The translations under genes and the position numbers were made by a program. 35,494 bases of DNA, from NCBI GenBank assembly GCA_016198045.1, contig JACQJI010000024.1, positions 1 to 35,494 on the forward strand, written 5' to 3'. The notes beneath the pieces were generated by a model that did not search any database, was not told the origin of the DNA, and worked only from the letters and a program-made list of their open reading frames with translations. Position 1 is the first letter of the stretch. Each line of letters starts with the position of its first letter. This stretch comes from Candidatus Doudnabacteria bacterium. Lineage in GTDB: Bacteria > Patescibacteriota > Doudnabacteria > UBA920 > O2-02-FULL-48-8. This document shows, one piece after another, positions 33,221 through 35,494 of this stretch.

Positions 33221-33418
33221 TTAAGCGCGCTTTACGTTGACCGCGTTCTTGCCCTTTGGCGACTCTTCGACATCGAAGGTGACTTGATCGCCTTCCTTGA
33301 GCTCGTCGAATGTCATATCAACGAGGGAGTTGCCATGAAAGAATAAATCTTTTTCCTGACCTTCAACGGTTATGAATCCAAAACCTTTGTCGGTCTTTTT
33401 CTTGATTACACCATTCAT
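33221..33418 (-). CDS. cspA: Cold-shock protein (CspA family)
   Basis: RNP1 KGFGFI and RNP2-like DLFFH motifs in a 65-aa protein. Confidence 0.93.
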   Translation of the reverse strand: MNGVIKKKTDKGFGFITVEGQEKDLFFHGNSLVDMTFDELKEGDQVTFDVEESPKGKNAVNVKRA

Positions 33419-33492
33419 AGATTATTGTTCAGTGATTACTAGTTAAGATATTAATATTAAGCTCGACTACTTCTCAAACATAAATATCATTT

Positions 33493-33521
33493 AGTATAGC
33501 GTATATTGGAATTTTACGCAA
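33493..33521 (-). promoter_or_regulatory. Sigma-70-like promoter for cspA (TTGCGT-N17-TATACT)
   Basis: On the minus strand the -35 is at 33521-33516 and the -10 at 33498-33493. This implies a ~68-nt 5' UTR. Confidence 0.45.
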
Positions 33522-33603
33522 CCATGCCATGCAGAAATCGACGCTGGGGCAGGATGATTTGAGATGATTTATCAATACCTGCCCCATTTCTTCTGTCGCA
33601 CTG

Positions 33604-33876
33604 TCAGTGATCGAAGTCCCGCTCGGTGTAGTGCGTTGGGTCCGGCAGCGGTCGGGCCCGAGGCGGATACCCCACCAGTATGCCAATCCCGACTAGCACC
33701 ATAGGGACTGCCAGCTCGGCTAGGAAGATTGCCGGCTGTGAGGTTAATCCCATGCTGATCAACCACATGCTGACCGGGTCGCTGAACGGCCGAGCCGCGA
33801 GCATGGAAATGAGCACAAACATCACCCAGACGAACGCCGCCAAATCCAACACCAGTGCGCCGATCAAGCGGTTCAT
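33604..33876 (-). CDS. GC-rich 90-aa membrane protein, possibly foreign
   Basis: Start chosen at MNRLIGAL because of the strong SD GAGGAGGG 5 nt upstream. Three hydrophobic segments. Visibly higher GC than both flanks. Confidence 0.55.
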   Translation of the reverse strand: MNRLIGALVLDLAAFVWVMFVLISMLAARPFSDPVSMWLISMGLTSQPAIFLAELAVPMVLVGIGILVGYPPRARPLPDPTHYTERDFDH

Positions 33877-33921
33877 ATAAACCCTCCTCGCGAACACGAG
33901 TTGGTGGAGAACTTACCATAA

Positions 33922-33968
33922 CTTCCGAAACTCTGAACGCTAGTTGCTAGTGTTCAAAGTCCCGAAAG
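33922..33968 (-). ncRNA. Long strand-specific hairpin in the leader of the GC-rich membrane ORF
   Basis: About 23 stacked positions around a CAA loop. Four positions are G-U pairs on the minus-strand RNA but C-A mismatches on the plus strand. Confidence 0.4.
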
Positions 33969-34067
33969 CCTAAAGGTATATTAGTATAATAGGATACTTA
34001 CAATAAAGCAATTAGATCGAAAATATCAAACTTTTTAGCCGAAAGGCGGATTGGCGATGACATAATT

Positions 34068-34382
34068 TTATCTATCGATATTTTTATGTTTTCTGGCTAA
34101 TAATGCAAACCGATCAAAATACTTTTGCAAATCTTCGGGAAAGTCTTCACAGCTATGCTCTCGTAAGCGGAGCAGCTCCCGCTTGCGGTAAAAATCCCAG
34201 CGCGGATCGCTAATTGTCAAATCTAACAGCTCCAAATATCTTTCAAGCGCTGAGTTAAATCTATCGTTGTCCTTTCGTTTTCGGCTCGAAATGATGCGGC
34301 TGTATTCACTACCTACGTTTCCTAATTGTTCGGCGATGGTCATGGTAAACCATCGACCATCGGCTAAGTCTTTATGAAGCAT
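34068..34382 (-). CDS. Hypothetical helical 104-aa protein
   Basis: TAATG overlap with the upstream gene. Predicted all-helical (AEQLGNVGSEYSR...LELLDLTISDPRW). No family recognised. Confidence 0.7.
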   Translation of the reverse strand: MLHKDLADGRWFTMTIAEQLGNVGSEYSRIISSRKRKDNDRFNSALERYLELLDLTISDPRWDFYRKRELLRLREHSCEDFPEDLQKYFDRFALLARKHKNIDR

Positions 34383-34726
34383 TATTTTATAAGGCTATTA
34401 ACGATCTCGGTGATTTTTTTTCGCAGTTCTTCATTTTCTATGCTACGCGATTTATTGCCCTGGCTTGGACGTAGATTTATCATTGAGTCAAATTCAACCC
34501 AGTTTTCCCTGGGTTGATCAATATAGATGTTGATTCCCCATAAATTTTCTTGTTTTGATCCTTGGGTCAAAAGTAGAGCTTCCTGATCAGAATGCAAGTC
34601 GCCGCCAACGGCCATGATTTTTTCCTCAATATCAACCACAGTTTTGATCATGTCGCCAAAGCGTTCTTCTGCTAACTTTTTCAGGTCAGCCAGTGTTATG
34701 AAGTCTTTAATAATTTGAGTCGGCAT
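34382..34726 (-). CDS. Small conserved protein, DUF5674-like (assignment from memory)
   Basis: Start reset to MPTQIIKDF (34726) because the longer ORF overlaps tRNA-His. Motifs IMAVGGDLHSDQEALLL, WGINIY and FDSMINLRPSQGN. Confidence 0.7.
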   Translation of the reverse strand: MPTQIIKDFITLADLKKLAEERFGDMIKTVVDIEEKIMAVGGDLHSDQEALLLTQGSKQENLWGINIYIDQPRENWVEFDSMINLRPSQGNKSRSIENEELRKKITEIVNSLIK

Positions 34727-34731
34727 TTTTC

Positions 34732-34806
34732 TGGGGTGCCTGATGGGAATCGGACCCACGTGACCAGCGCCACAGGCTGGCGTTCTACCATTGAACTACA
34801 GGCACC
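34732..34806 (-). tRNA. tRNA-His (anticodon GTG) with encoded G-1 and CCA
   Basis: GGTGCCTG...: extra 5' G opposite C73, D stem GTTC/GAAC, anticodon stem CCAGC/GCTGG with loop CTGTGGC, T arm GTGGG-TCCGATT-CCCAT. Confidence 0.93.
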
Positions 34807-34810
34807 ATGA

Positions 34811-35095
34811 TTACTTGCGTTCCATCTGTTCCAGCGAGCGGATGAAATTTTCCAAAGTGTGATCTGGCAGGTCAAATATGGTTTCTCTATCTTCTCGACG
34901 ACTGCTACCAGCCAATAAATGAAACAAATGATACTTTTCGTGTTCAGGGTGAGCTTTTTTGAAAGCCGCAACAAATTCCATCAAAGCGTCAAATCGAGCC
35001 GGGTGATCAAAAACTTCATCTTTGACAGCAGCAATTATTTTATCCAGCTGCGCAAGCTTAGCCTCTTGGCTTAAATCTTTGCCTTCTTCATTCAT
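34811..35095 (-). CDS. Hypothetical 94-aa helical protein
   Basis: Start at MNEEGKDL in an ATGA overlap with the upstream membrane gene. Stops 4 nt before tRNA-His. Confidence 0.65.
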   Translation of the reverse strand: MNEEGKDLSQEAKLAQLDKIIAAVKDEVFDHPARFDALMEFVAAFKKAHPEHEKYHLFHLLAGSSRREDRETIFDLPDHTLENFIRSLEQMERK

Positions 35096-35400
35096 AATAC
35101 TGCAATTAAGATTAATACAATTATAGTCAGAACTAGCAAACAAGCAATCGTGTAAGCCAGCAATTGAACGCCTTCTTTTTTGCCGCCGGAAAGATATATC
35201 ATGGCCGGCCGGACGAATATTAGGCTCCCAACCACAGCCGCGGAAAGCACGAACAGCATCAGGAACGCCACCGGGCCAAAGAAGTTATCTTCAGGATTGG
35301 CTCGATTCTCTATAACTTGCATGATCGTAGTAACAACAGTTACGTAAACCAAAACAAGTAACGAATTTATAACCGCGATTTTGAGAAGCTTATAATCCAT
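35092..35400 (-). CDS. Hypothetical 3-TM membrane protein
   Basis: 102 aa with three hydrophobic segments. Lies 25 nt downstream of tRNA-Arg(TCT). Confidence 0.65.
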   Translation of the reverse strand: MDYKLLKIAVINSLLVLVYVTVVTTIMQVIENRANPEDNFFGPVAFLMLFVLSAAVVGSLIFVRPAMIYLSGGKKEGVQLLAYTIACLLVLTIIVLILIAVL

Positions 35401-35425
35401 ATTTTTAATTTTTTGCCGCCCTCCC

Positions 35426-35494
35426 TGGTGCCTCTGGAGGGAATCGAACCCCCATTAGTGGCTTAGAAGTCCACAGTTCTATCCATTGAACTAC
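35426..35494 (-). tRNA. tRNA-Arg (anticodon TCT), 5' end truncated by the window edge
   Basis: 3' portion reads ...GTTC-AATGGAT-GAAC, anticodon loop CTTCTAA, T arm GGGGG-TTCGATT-CCCTC, then CAGAGGC-A-CCA. The loop-proximal anticodon-stem pair is an A-G mismatch. Confidence 0.8.

Overview
This is a gene-dense, moderately AT-rich bacterial window. I infer a CPR/Patescibacteria-like small-genome lineage from four traits: a secretin-less type IV pilus operon, four-helix-bundle and GIY-YIG mini-genes wedged into operons, many ATGA/GTGA overlaps, and almost no Shine-Dalgarno sites. This taxonomic call cannot be verified here.

Layout:
- 148-8381: pilB, pilC, two pseudopilins, a PilX-like beta-helix protein, pilM/N/O and a small membrane protein. 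This block is translationally coupled to purA, followed by guaB.
- 11.4-15.5 kb: tRNA-Lys(CUU), an unannotated 36-aa membrane ORF, an RNHCP protein, tRNA-Arg(UCG), Nudix, an HTH protein, holA, an unannotated KGG stress peptide, a ZIP transporter and a DUF1003-like protein.
- 15.6-29.6 kb: folD plus a near-complete de novo purine cluster, in the order purL, purM, purQ::purS-purS, purC, purE, purB, (GIY-YIG), purF, purD, purN, purH.
- Minus-strand block: a type II glutamine synthetase and a CorC/CNNM gene, each broken by a homopolymer frameshift. These are followed by two membrane proteins, cspA, a GC-rich membrane ORF, and a small-gene operon punctuated by tRNA-His and tRNA-Arg(UCU).

Most unusual observations:
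- An Avd/23S-IVS-type four-helix-bundle ORF is bracketed by inverted heptamer arrays and runs in frame into a pseudopilin that has no start codon of its own.
- Degenerate heptamer arrays recur at gene junctions.
- A two-copy polypurine multi-hairpin repeat is present.
- PurQ is fused to a tandem PurS.
- There are candidate structured leaders upstream of purL and corC.
- Extended -10 boxes sit 6-8 nt from ATGs, implying leaderless mRNAs.

All homology calls come from motif recognition by eye. No searches were run.
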